Shown: positions 11,169 to 23,555 of the stretch, one piece after another
How the letters are laid out: every line of letters starts with the position of its first letter
How positions within the stretch are numbered: position 1 is the first letter of the stretch
From: Marsupella aquatica
Lineage: Eukaryota; Plantae; Marchantiophyta
Direction: 5' to 3'
Length of the DNA: 64,000 bases
Assembly: GCA_973895155.1 (NCBI GenBank)
Contig: OZ316895.1
Location: 12,035,929-12,099,928, forward strand
The notes under the pieces: generated by a model
Databases searched by the model: none
What the model saw: the letters and a program-made list of their open reading frames with translations, nothing else
What the model was told of the DNA's origin: nothing
Position numbers and translations under genes: made by a program

Positions 11169-14100
11169 TTATATTGGGCACTCGTTGGCTGCCCTGATAT
11201 CCAATATATTCCTACTGATGGTGGAAGACATTGTTCCTTGAAAGCCTAGAGTTGCACAACTACACACGACTTCTTCGACAAAGAGACGCACACTGAAAAC
11301 ATGCGTGCTATGTTTTTCCTCGTCAGAAAACATGTGACGAGTTATCTCATCCTCGCCATTGCTTGAATTTTTCCTAGAGAACCAAACAACCAGAATGGGT
11401 GAGTTTTCTGACCATAAGCTTCTCTATTTCATTAACGAGTGAAAGGAAAGGACAATCATGTTAGTCGTGATTATTTATTTGATTGGAAAAAAAACTCATC
11501 TAAACTAAGGCTGTCTTAGGATTATTTAGATTCCAGATTAGACCGCTTAAAAACAACCATTTCATATACAGAAAAAATTGTGGCAGTATTAGTAAATGTT
11601 GAGAATTAAGTAATTTGCGGGTCTTGAGGCTACTTTTATCGAACCTTCTGAGCTGGGGAAGAAAACCACCCAGCAAACCATATTCGTGGGAGTGTATCTT
11701 TTGGATCACATCATTGAGAAGATCTTCTTCCGCATCCATGGTGTGAATCTTGTACTTGGGATTGACGTGGAGATCATGTAAGTAAGTCCCTTGCCATTTC
11801 TCTCGTGGAAGATCTGTCATTACAAATAGATTGAGTGGTCCACTTGTGGTTGTATTGCTCATCATTTCTAAATGCTGCAATCTTTGACGTAGAGGCCTGA
11901 ACGCTTTTCCCTCCTGATCAGATTTGAATACGCCGTCGTCTAGCCTGCAATGGAGAAGAAAAGAGTTGCAATTATGGAGCTTAAATGAGGGGACTCGATA
12001 GGCTGTACTTAAAACAGAATGCTGCGTAAATGTATTTCTTTTTGTATAAGGCATGTTGACTTCCATGTCTGATGCTATTAGTTGACTGTAACATTGGAAA
12101 TATTGGAGCAAAAGTTGGTTGTCGCATGGGGATTTCCAATCAGATCCGCTAGTTACTTTTCCTTTTCACGAGTAGACGGCAGTTTGCAAGCCTCATAGAA
12201 TTGAAACTAATTTCATAATACTTGACGAGTGAAAGCTTTGACTAGAAGATAACACGTACCCAGTAAATTTCTATAGTTCTCAGAAGACTCACAAACCAGC
12301 AAATGTGGTTTGAAAACTAGCAATTATCTTAGCTTTTTGTTTTGAAAATCCTACTAGTCCGTATGAGTTGAACGACTCACCTTACGTGTGCACAAAAGAA
12401 AGGCTCCGCTATTTTCTCCTGCACGAAATATCGACCGGCATCCAAGATGTCTGTACTGAATGTTTGATGCTCAATGGCTGTGAGAATTGCGGCCCTCCTC
12501 TTTCCATGTCGACCAGGTGCAGGAATATCCACCATTAATGACCTGTCTGCAAGTCTCTTGCCAACAAATGGTTTTTCTTTGTCAATTTCCAAAGAGAGGA
12601 CGATGACGTATCTGAATCGATGTCAATTAGTCTGGATCCAATTTATCATTCTTTCGAGATCACCATCTTTTGCCAACAATGGTGGTTGGAACTGCAAAAC
12701 ATTTGTATTCCTTGCCAAGAAGCTGTGACTCTTGTCTGATGAAATCAATTAGTATGAGCCGAGCAGTAAGATGAGTCATACCATTGTAGTGTCTTGAAAA
12801 CAGGGATCCAAATGCCAGTAGGAAGGATCCCCCGGCTGTAGAAGCAGGCCCCAAAGTCTTGATGACATCTTTACGTTCGATGGAGATGGAACTTGTATTG
12901 ACATTTGATGGCAGAGTTGTATCACTACGCAATTGCTGTCTGAGGCCCTCTTCCAAATATAGTTTCTCAGAGAAAGACTCTTCACTAGTCCACACTGTTG
13001 TACGGCAATTGTCATGGACTTCATGGATGAGGTTTGGCCTGGTCAATATTTGTTAGTTAGAGTATGAAGTAATACTACTCCGACCAGATGATAGGTAGAG
13101 TACTACGAGACACTTCACAAAAGCACAAAGTCCCAAAAGAAGGTTGCTTAGATACTCTGAATCAAGTTCCTTCCGTTGCCTTCAATTTTCGAAGTGAAAA
13201 GCATCAGTATGCGAGCAAAGTTTCTCTGGGATCGGGTTTTCTACCCATGATGGCCCTGAGGGGTTGAGAAGAAATGCGCTGCGCAGCGTGCAACGGATCC
13301 CGGGGATGTTGACTGGAGCTCTCTTGCTAAGGTGTGGCAGACTGATCCGAAGCATGTTCGAGAAATGTCTAAGCCACACCATAGAGCCAAGAATACTCGT
13401 AAGTCAATGGTCTTCACAGTAGACCTGATGGAGCTCAAATCAATGATGTCCGCGATAGGAACATAGGTCCTGAACCTTCGAAAAAGACTAGTCAGTGAAT
13501 CTTCAAGGATGGAGTTTTTGTTCAGGCAAAGGGCAGTGACAATCATGACACTTCTCTTAGAAATTTCAAAAGTAACGTCAGAGGCACGAATATCATCTTC
13601 CGAGATGGCTAGTTTAATTAATCATATCTGGGTGAAAATTTATTATCATCGAGTTTCAAACAGTCATTAAAGCTATTATTGCATTTCGAGTCGAAGACAA
13701 TGCATGTACGAGTTCGGGACCTGTCATTGTTGTGAGGAAGGGAGCGGGGAGCTAGGGAACGGCAACAATACCGAGGAGAAGCTGAATCGAAGCGTCCGGT
13801 GATGGCGGCCCATGAGAGCTTGCGTAGCTCGCTCGGAGCACAGGCCGGTCTTAAGCAGGTCCCATGTTCGAGCTCGAAGTGGTCCAGAACGGGAGGCAAC
13901 ACCAGAGTGCGGTTCAGCAGGAACGCAATCTTGAGTGCATTCATGAGCTCCCGAGCCTGATTGCCGAACCCCGAGTGTGGAGAATACCACATGTACTTCT
14001 CGCCCTCGGGCAGCCTCCACGTGTTTGTAAAAGGATCGAGAGGCTCTGAGGACCTCCAGACCGCGGTCCTCAATGCCGACTTAGCTTCCAAGTTGCTCAA

Positions 14101-14286
14101 ATTGGGTTCGGCTCCAACCTCCTGAGCATGTCCTAGCGAGTAAGTGGGGCCGAAGGGAGACCGAATTCCTTCCCAGTAGATGGGCAGCAGCAGCAAAAGA
14201 AGAAGAAGAAGAGAAGAGCCATAGCAACACATCACGAACATCGTCCACACTGCCCGCCGCTGCTCCGTTTCACCTGGGGCTGCCAT
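11169..14286 (-). CDS. O-fucosyltransferase family protein (type II membrane, POFUT/OFUT30-like), 6 exons, ~555 aa
   Basis: Exons 14286-13772, 13469-13245, 13038-12782, 12546-12381, 11944-11645, 11373-11169; all introns GT-AG and phases sum to 1668 nt. N-terminal TM (LLLLLLLLLP); motifs WYSPHSGFGNQ, LLNRTLVLPPVLDH, LAFGSLF, PFFCAHVRLDDGVFK, FVMTDLP, FVEEVVCSCATLGFQGT. The last intron's boundaries are least certain. Confidence 0.87.
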
Positions 14287-14522
14287 ACCCAGCTCCTGTG
14301 GCTAAGTGAGAAATGTAGCAATACCAACCCAGTGCTCCTTGCCTCACTCGAATCGCCGACTGCTGAGTACTCTCCACGAGTAAGCGCGACAAGAGTCACA
14401 AGAGACTTAACCGAACATGACGAAAAACTCCCTAGTCCCTTGCTTCTCAAATCTGGCAACCCAAATGCAGTGCTGCTTGACTCGCTCTAATTTTGGAGTC
14501 CTGAGTCCTCTCCACGACTCGA

Positions 14523-14970
14523 CAAAACACACCATAGAAGTAACCGAAGAGGACGAAGAACTCCCTGCATCACTCCCATGCATCACCTGCGAGCACTGAA
14601 ATGTCATTGACCACGGATAGGTTGACGGGAGAGTTTGGAGCATTGCAACTGTGACAGTTGACAGGGTGTATCTTGAGCAAGATGGGAATCGGTTCGCAGA
14701 AGCAACGAGCCCAATTCCATTCTCGAATTGCCTTTCTGCTGAATCTGAAAGCTGTGTCGGTTGGTACAGTCATGCGTTCCCGTACCAGGGAAGGTCTCCG
14801 ACAGTAGAAGTCTATTTTGTCAGTCTGAGGGAAGAGGGAGGAGGGGAGAAGTGAAACAATATTTTGTGGAAAGCAATCGGAAATAAAAGACGTGACTGAG
14901 GCCGACAGTCATGATTGCAATTCTGCTCTCGACCGACACGGATGATTGGATCGAGAGCCCTGCCAACATT
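14523..14970. repeat. Dispersed duplication, copy 1 (OFUT 5' upstream/UTR region)
   Basis: About 450 bp, colinear with 18368-18835; the distal ~130 bp recurs at 19269-19397. Confidence 0.85.
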
Positions 14971-16409
14971 CGTCGTCTGAAAACATGTTTACTCCATACA
15001 GTACAGACGTTTTGGTATATAATAAAATAAGAGTGCCCATAAGACACAGGCCAAACAGGGATACACGAGCCCAAGGCAAAAAGACAAAAGATGGATAACA
15101 AGCTGGTGCTCGGAATGCCAGATGTGGAAGCGCTTAAACAGGCCATGCGTACAATAACGTCTTGGGTGAACGATCATGTTATTTACACATAAACTGAGGT
15201 GTTTTTCCGCAGCTACGAGCCGTCTCATGGGGAAGTATCCACGGCCGTTGAGCCCTACAGTACCCTACTGCACCCACTGGACTACCCATAAGCGGCGATT
15301 CCAGGAAGCTGTGGACAAAATGCAGGCACCCGCAATGGTTCTTAATGCACATCTCTATCGTCTTATCGACCGATGGTCATGTATTTAATTGGACAGGCCA
15401 CAAATGGTGGACTGTTCTTATTGGTGCCTAGTACCTGGAGTTCCAGAACCTGGAACGAACTTTTGTATGCCTCCTTGTTATTGAGAGGCCGAGGTGTGTG
15501 GGGAGCAAAGACTGGAACAGAGGAATCTAGACAAAAGCATTCTTTGTATTCGATTAGAGTGGAAAAATTAGAGGAACTAGATTAGAATCTCATTTTTTAA
15601 CCTGAATTATATATGTAATCGAGAATTGCAGCGTCAAGGGGACTGGCTATCACAAAGAATCCATCTATGAGGTCCGTCAACGTTTGGACGGAGTGGATCC
15701 CAATTTGGCAGTAGACTTCGACTGAAACCTCCATACAAAGTTTGAATCATATTTCGGAATATAGGCAGTCTCCGTCAATGCTTCCCGGAGATCTCCGCAC
15801 TCACTGGCTGCAACTATGCAAGTCCGTGTTTGCATTCTGGAGGGGTCAGTGTTATGCCTAATTAACACTCGTCTGCGTTTCTACCTTCCCGTCGAACCAA
15901 ATAATGTGCAAAGTCTCAAAAGCCATGCCTACCTTGGCTGATTGTCAGTAGCATGCCAACCGGAGGAGATGAGAGATCAAGTGTCCACCGAAGGATGCAT
16001 TGAGAAAGATTCAGCCTTTCAAAAAAAATAGTTGTGGACCAGCGTGCATAACGTCCAACTAAAGAGATTTCTTTAATCTCTGTTCTGAAAGTCTGTTCAG
16101 ATCAGGGCCTGTGTTTTCACTAATTCATCTTGTTTGTGTATCACATGGGTCAGTCGTCCAGCTTTCCATGATGTTAGGTCGTGCTTTTGTCTTCTGAATC
16201 GGTTGACTTTTATAATGGGGCGAGAGTTGTGGTCCCATGTCATTCATCAAACACAGGGTGGGGCGCTTGGGGCATTAGGCCAGTTGATGATAGAGCATCT
16301 AGCTTGAAAGTAGGGCTTGTGAACCTCAGCTGTGGGTGATTTTCTCAGCCATAATTCTCGATCAGATGCTTTCCAAACTTTTCCTCCAGTCCATGGATCT
16401 GATGGACGT

Positions 16410-16460
16410 ACTGATGTAGTCTCCCTCATGCACTGATGTAGTCTCCCTCATGCACTGATG
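16410..16460 (+). repeat. 22-bp tandem repeat x2.3
   Basis: ACTGATGTAGTCTCCCTCATGC twice, then ACTGATG. Confidence 0.85.
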
Positions 16461-17207
16461 GCAAGGACGTACAGCAAAATGTGATGGCACAGTCTGAGTT
16501 TAAGGTTTAAAACTACCATCCTTGATATTCACGTTATGTAACACTCGGCCCTAAGTACCTGGGGAACTGACAGCTCAAGCACCCGATTATTCTGTTGTGG
16601 CTAGAGTAAACCTTGCCGTTTCATCAGGAATAATACTGTGCGTAACATCAATGACAACTTCTAAGTTATTATCAAATTGATTTGACATCTGATCGGAAGA
16701 AGGTTGCTAGTCATCATAAATTGGCCGATGTGTGAACGACAAATAAGCAAGTAAATAAACTAATACAGATACCTGTGCTGTACTGAAAGTTGTCAAGTGC
16801 AACCTTTGTCTGACAGCCAACTGTGTCACTTCTATCCTAATCAGTCTCGTTGAGCAATCACACAGATGGTGAGATCTGGCGTCTATCCATCAACACAAAG
16901 GATTCTAAGCAACGTCATCCATCAGTCTCGAGATGGAACGGCTCAGGCTTCAAGATTACAACAAAGATGTCTGACGAATTGCAGGAACAAACAAAATTTC
17001 ATAGTTCATCCAACTTAGCAAAGGGTATACTGAGGTAAAGTTATTCTATTCGGTAAATATATCGATCCTGACGGTGGTCGATATCTTTCCTTCACTAGAT
17101 AATAAGGCGAAAAAACATAAGAAAGAGGCACCAGTCACTCTTGCACTAAATTAAGCATCAAAATATGCACATTTTGCTGTCCTTGCCATCAGTACATGAG
17201 GGAGACT
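16440..17207. mobile_element. Putative non-autonomous TIR element (~770 bp)
   Basis: AGTCTCCCTCATGCACTGATGGCAAGGAC..AGCAAAATGTG (16440-16483) is the reverse complement of 17168-17207 (1 mismatch, 4-nt indel). No clean TSD. Confidence 0.5.
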
Positions 17208-18367
17208 TAGGCAGCGGCAAGGCGCACAGATTTACTTAGAAGAAGAACCGAATCTAGGCCGATTAAACTCGTGTATACAGTGACTAGCTTTATGCCCGTC
17301 CGTTGGACGTCAATAATGGGTGAGAACCAAAAAGGAGATCATTTCATTTCCAACTTCATCGATGGTACATTTGGTACGTACGTTTCTACCCATACCTTGC
17401 TAGAGTCATGGTCCCGGTCATGGTCTAGATGCTTCACCCTAGGTCGGAGCTCTTGTTTTGCTTCTCTTCGCTACTATATAGTTAGGTGTCCCAGTATGTT
17501 AGATGTCACAGTATGACACATGACAGCAACCAAGTACAGCTTCTGTATAGATCGTCACTAGAATGAAACACTTGATATACGTCTTACTTGAACCCACTAG
17601 GGTGTTTCAATGCACTACTTTTCTATCCAAGTAGTTATATTGAGGACCTCACACCATCGTAAGTATAAACAGAGGTACCTTTTATTCCATCCCCTTTTCG
17701 TCTCCCATGAGACTTAGCTTTATGAACATCATAGCACAATGTGTTTGACGATCTTCTCCACCGTCCAAATTAGACATGAAATTTCAAATTCATCCCAGGC
17801 ATAATGAGGTTCTTGCTATCTTTCGTAAGTGTACTAGTGGCCTTAGGCACTAGAATTACTGCTAGCCATACTAGTTCACTTATTAATTTGAATCTCACTG
17901 GGGCCATCATCCGAAGAGGTAGACTCTGGCTCCTCAATTACATTACCTGCAGCTTCAGCAGTTCGCAGCCCACTCCCTCAACGGGTCACCATTAAGGTCT
18001 AACCTGAGCAATCCAGCAAATACTCCGCCCAACAATGCCACAGGTTCCTGAACGCAGATATTCAAAAGGGTTTCCTCATCTCCAGACATACCAGATTAAT
18101 TCATACATTGACAATCCCCGTGACTATCTCATTGACGATTTCCATTAAACAAGAACCCACAATCTTACAGGGACGGCAGCAACACCTTTGTGCATCGAAG
18201 AATTTCATGGGCTGCATTTGAAGACGTCGGCAAAACTAGATTCCAGACAATGTTCAAGTGCACGGCACTGAGGTGCACCAAAGTTCACTTAGTAAAGTAG
18301 CTAATTAATTTCATGGACGAAATGCAAGGCCCCAAATTAGTCTAATTGCATTCAGTTGCTAATATTG

Positions 18368-18835
18368 CAAGACACACCACAGAACTAAACCGAAGAGGGC
18401 GAAGAACTCCCTGCCTCACTCCCATGCATCGCCTGCAAGCACTGCATCCACTGTCATTGACGACGGATCGATTGACGGTAGAGTTTGGAGGATTGCAACT
18501 GTCACAGTACGTTGAGAGGGTGTATGTTGAGCAAGACCGGAATCGGTTAGCAGCTGCAACGAGCCCAATTGGAGTCTCGAATTGGGAAATGATTTTCTGC
18601 TGATTCTGCAGCTGGGTCGATTCGTACAGTCATGCCTTATCTTACCAGGAAAGTTCTCCGACAGTACAAGTCTCTATTATCAGTCTGAGGGAAGGGGGGG
18701 ATCGGAGAAGTGAAACATTATATTATTGTTTTGTCGAAGAGCTATTGGAAAGGAAAGACGTGACTGAGACCGACAGTCATGATTGCAGTTCTGCTCTCGG
18801 CCGACACGGATGATTGGCGAACCCCTTGCCAGCAT
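18368..18835. repeat. Dispersed duplication, copy 2 of the OFUT upstream segment
   Basis: Direct repeat of 14523-14970, e.g. CGAAGAACTCCCTGC..CACTCCCATGCATC and CAGTCTGAGGGAAG..GGAGAAGTGAAACA. Confidence 0.85.
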
Positions 18836-18993
18836 TTCTCTTCTGTGCACCCCATGATTACAGTACCGACGTTTTGGTTTACACACTGTAGGTTCGCAGG
18901 TTTAGGTGAGTGTCATTCAGTCACCTCAATAAGTGATCGCAGTGGCATTGGAGAATTTACACTCGGCTGACCATGCCTCAGTCACTTTCTCAC

Positions 18994-19248
18994 CTCGCGG
19001 TCTCATTAATATATGGAGGTCCTCATCACTTGGAACATTTTTTACTCATGTGAAGTCAGCATATTTCAACAAATTGATTGAATATACCTTATTGTAGAAA
19101 TACCTTATTGATATACTAGGATTGAAAATACTCCAAATTAGATTTAAGAACCACTAATATTCTTCCAAGAAAAATTTTAAGTCTTCTATTAGAAACATAT
19201 GTTTACTTGCACATGATATGTGAATTCTGTGGTAATGAAACCCCTGAG
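18994..19248 (+). mobile_element. hAT-type MITE family A, old diverged copy
   Basis: Starts CTCGCGGTCTCATTAATATATGG, ends TGATATGTGAATTCTGTGGTAATGAAACCCCTGAG; interior similar to copy 1; TSD no longer recognisable. Confidence 0.6.
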
Positions 19249-20537
19249 TTTACCTGACCCAGTGAAAAGGAGAAGTGAAACATCTTTTTGTCTAAGAGCA
19301 AATGGAAAGGAGAGATGTGACTCATATGCCAGTCCTGCTCTTCACAGACACAGAGAATTTGGGGAGTCCTGCCAACATTCATAGTCTGAAATCATGTGCA
19401 CAACTGGTATCCCATATCTGAGGGTAGAATATAGGCTAGAGATTCTCTCCTCACATGTCTTCACTTGGCTTCAAAGTTCAGTCAACTAGGTCAATTGTCA
19501 ACCTTTGGGTTGGGTACAAATGACTTCACACATAATATATGGATATCAATGTATGTAGTTCCCTGGGAGGGGAGGAGAGAAAGAGAAAATGAGGTCAAAT
19601 GAAAGGAACAAAAATAATGTCTCCTCCTTTGCTTTTGGGTCCCTTGCCCATGGCCCAGCCCTTGCATCCCCCCCTGGCTTGCCCTCCTGACAAAGGGTCA
19701 GAAGCATTGCGTTGGTGTGCAACAACACTAAGTAGGTTTTGCTTCAATCTTTGCATCAACAACACCTTCAACGGCACACCCGTACCGATGACACATAGGA
19801 TGCCTCGACATGATCTGTGCATTGGGCTTGTATTTTCATAATGAAGAATGATTAGCGCCTCTACATTTCCAAACACAAAGTATATTTGCATAAGGAAGAA
19901 TGAATAATGACCCTAAACTTGGATACAATGAGCGATGAAGAATGATACTCATGGATACAATGAAAGACCAAAAGGGGGAAGCAAAGTATCAGGCAAACTT
20001 GGATACAATGAACAAATAAGACTGATACGAACCCATGCGAATGGATACATTGAACGACCAAAATGGGAAAGCAAAGTACCAGGCAGAGGCAAGGAAAGCC
20101 AAAAAAAGTAGGCCCATGATTACAGGAGGGCCCAAGCATGAACGAATGTGCAAGGAGAAAAGTAGAAATGTTGGCAGACATCATTGATAGGCTAGCAGGG
20201 AAGTCAGGGGGAGCTTCATCAAGAGCAGTCTCTCCACTGCCAATCTGGTGCAATGTTTTGGACGTGCGGTAACTGAGCAAGCTGTCAAATAGTGTCCAAT
20301 CTATTGTGTCCGATCTATTGTGGATCTAACCCACCGATCAGCTGGCCGACCAACTTGCAATTATGCCTCAGGTAGATCACGCTTACACATCACTACAAGA
20401 AAAAACAAAACATGTTCTAGTAAGAGGAACATGCTCTATGTTTTTGGCTAAGTGCGTGAGACTAGTTTGTGAAATTGTCAATTGCGCTTATTAATAGTTG
20501 CTTCTTATGTGTGGAAAAAAAAAGCCAAGATGGACCT

Positions 20538-21206
20538 CCACTTTGTCTATGAAGCCCACATGAACTGGCAAAGCTTGGATGGACTACTCAGAACATTTAA
20601 ACTGATTTAGATAACACAATTTACACTTTTGACTGAAATGTGACTTGTAAATGGTCTCTGTCACACCATTCTAGTTAGTTGGAGGGTCTGCGTACTATCA
20701 TAGTTTGAGGTTTGTGGATATGTGCTATCTGAGTATGTAACGCAAGTGAAGATAGACTTTGTGGTGTGCACATTGAAAGAGGTTATCTTTTGATGTTGGA
20801 CCTTTGAGGAAAAGAGCTCTGGACTTGGCTATGGCGACAGAGCTCTATTGTACATAACATGGATTCCATGGAAGCACGGGGTGCGTTTGGTCCAATATCA
20901 ATTGTATCTGCTCACTGTTGATCGCATGGTTGCGGAAAGGGAGATTGTTGGTTGAGACTTGGTGACAATTATTTTGGGTTTTCATGCATGTTTGGGCATG
21001 AGACTTGTTTGTCTTCCATTCTCTAGTATTGTGTGTTGTGTGCTTGTACTTGTGATGGAATGTGTGTCAAAGATGTGAGTTGTGTAGAGATGTGTATGCG
21101 CACGACATCTCCTTACGGTTTGCAATCAGTTCAATTTCATTACCAAACCGGTTTTCCTTTGTAACTTGACAACTTGACGACCTTAAACCTGAAAGACGTC
21201 AACATG
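20538..21206 (+). repeat. Dispersed repeat (family C) interrupted by a solo LTR
   Basis: 20538-20658 joined to 21112-21206 matches the contiguous sequence at 54330-54546. Confidence 0.8.
20659..21107. mobile_element. Solo LTR, 449 bp
   Basis: TGTCAC...CGACA termini; 4-bp TSD TCTC (20655-20658 and 21108-21111); empty site seen in the paralogous repeat near 54447. Confidence 0.85.
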
Positions 21207-21209
21207 TCT

Positions 21210-22398
21210 TGCCTTGATATATTTTTGATTCTCCTTGACACCTTTTCTTGCCTGGGCATATTTTCTAATCTTTGCATATTTATCTCTCTTTAACATCTTT
21301 ATCTTGTCGTATATATTTTTTTCTCACATTGACATCTTTATCTCATCACAACATCTTTTCCTCATGCTCGACATCTTTTCTCTCCTCGACATGGTCCCTC
21401 ATCTTTATGTCTTTTTCTCACCTTATCATCTTTTCTCTCCTCGACTTATTTTTCTCACCTCTACCTGCTTCTTTCTTGACCTAGATATCTTTTTCTCTTG
21501 TCTACATATTTTATCTCCTCAATAATTTTTCCTCGCCTCAACATCTTTTATCAACAAGCATCGAGCTAATCAACAATAAAGATTTCTTGCTCAATTCTTG
21601 CTTACCTCACTACCCATTTGAGTACTATCCATGTTTTTGTGTTGACTTCAATTACATTATTTGATTACATAATTTCATGTGCTATTTTGAATAACATCTG
21701 AGCATTGAGAATACTTTTCACATGAAATGGGCAAGAAAGAATATATTATGGCAAATCAAATATTTTTAGTTGATCCATCTAAAACCCCTCAGTCTTTTAT
21801 CAACACTTCTTTACCTTACCTCAATGTTTCTATGGAATGCTTTGGCATTGGGCCTGGTGACAAGATGGCCTCAATAACTGCATTGTCACAACACCTCATG
21901 ACCAGAATGACTGCATCGCCATAATGACAACATGGTCATAACAACCTTTGAAATGTCTAAACAATTTTCTTGTCTCGCTTGCATTTCTTTGCATTGTCTA
22001 CATTTCTTTGGCTTACTTGCATTTTTTGCATTTCTTTGCCTTGCCTCAACATCTTTGCCTCACCCCAACATCTTTGCCTCACTACAACATCTAAACTTGC
22101 TTTGAACAATATTTTTGTCTTGGCTCAACATCTGTGCCTCGCCTTGACATGGTCAAAACAACTATATGGCCCCAATGACACATAATACCTCAACATTTAC
22201 CTCGCAAAGCCTATACTTTCTTGCTTCATCTCTATATCTTTGCCTCACCTCAAAATAGTTTTTGGCCTTGACATCTTTTTTGGCCTTAACGTCTTTGCCC
22301 TCTAGTGACATCTTTTGTTGGCCAGAACATCCTTTCTTGCCTCAACATCTTTTCTTGCATCTTTTCTTGTCTCAATATCTTTGCCTTGCCTTGACATC
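21210..22398 (+). repeat. Degenerate ~19-bp minisatellite-rich region
   Basis: Recurring units like ATCTTTGCCTCACCTCAAC / ATCTTTTCTTGCCTCAAC; related units on the opposite strand at ~40600-40815. Confidence 0.65.
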
Positions 22399-23145
22399 TG
22401 TCGTGCCTATACACATCGCTACACAACATAAATAGTTTGTTGCACACATCCAAACATAGTCATAATCCTACATCACAAACACAAGAGAACAAAGTACAAA
22501 TGAGAATTATGTACACAAGAGCATAAACCCCACAATAATCTTCACAAGTCAAGAGTGCAAATCAAACACTCAAGGGTTTCACTTCCACAAAAATGGCACA
22601 TCACGCGTGATGAAGGATAGGGTCATTTTATTGATTCCACAAGAAAACTAAAGAATTTTCTCAGAAGAACAAGAGGGTCTTTTAAATTCAATTTTGAGAC
22701 TTATAATAACATGTCTATTTAATCCATTTTTAGAATATTCCAAGAATATTCTAACTTTATAGGGGTTAAAAAATAAAAATAAATGCTTACATTTTAGTGG
22801 ATCCGAGGCCTAAAAACATTGCAAGTGATGAGGAGGCCTCCATAATAGTGAGACCCCCAAGATCCAACAACGATCCCACTCAATGCAATCACACATGTAT
22901 GTCAAACCCAACGCACTTGTGTTTCAAGGAATCCACGTTACATCCACAACCTGGTCAAGCACTCCAAAGCCACCAGAGAGTGTGCTCAAATGCTACCATT
23001 GAAAAATGAGACCTCTGAGCCAACACAAAAGTATACCTATCATTCACCAACTCAACCAAACACTAAATATTCATATAGCACAAAGACCCAACTTCTATAC
23101 CTTCATAGGATGATACACTATACTACCACTCTAAATGGTGTGACA
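22399..23145. mobile_element. Solo LTR of the 20659 family, opposite orientation, with a nested MITE
   Basis: Starts TGTCGTGCCTATACACATC (rev-comp of the 21107 end), ends AATGGTGTGACA (rev-comp of the 20659 start). Length without MITE and its TSD is ~446 bp; flanks CATC/CATT. Confidence 0.8.
22569..22861 (-). mobile_element. hAT-type MITE family A, copy 2 (reverse)
   Basis: Ends CTCAAGGG and CCCCCAAG; TSD ATCAAACA / ATCCAACA (7 of 8). Confidence 0.88.
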
Positions 23146-23217
23146 CATTAGAGACCCAACTTCTATACCTTGATAAGATGATACACTATACTACCACTCT
23201 AAATGGTGTGACACATT
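23083..23217 (+). repeat. 68-bp tandem duplication of the LTR end plus flank
   Basis: AGACCCAACTTCTATACCTT..ATGATACACTATACTACCACTCTAAATGGTGTGACACATT twice. Confidence 0.85.
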
Positions 23218-23463
23218 TTTCTCAACGGGCATTGGGCTAGTAGGTACTCTAAAATTAGGAGACTACAAGTTTTGATACATTCTACATTTTTTGATAGATT
23301 TACAATGGAAATTGCTGAGTGAGAGTCTTCCAGTGGAAATGTAAAATGTATTTTTTTACATATGTATTTTTTTTGGGTACAATTACAAAGGCAATTGCTC
23401 TACTATTAGGGGACTACATGGCAGGCCTGGATGCACTTACACCAGCTGCACTCACTGACAGTC

Positions 23464-23555
23464 CTGTGTACTCTATCATCCACCTATGGAGCTCAAGAAC
23501 CCTTACGGTACTGTGTAATCTATCATCCACCTATGGAGCTCAAGAACCCTTACGG
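23464..23555 (+). repeat. 47-bp tandem repeat x2
   Basis: CTGTGTA(C/A)TCTATCATCCACCTATGGAGCTCAAGAACCCTTACGG twice. Confidence 0.9.

Noticed and set aside
21235-21525. Hydrophobic F/L/S-rich ORFs (also 34149-34649, 56295-56596)
   Set aside because: By-products of pyrimidine-rich low-complexity repeat DNA.
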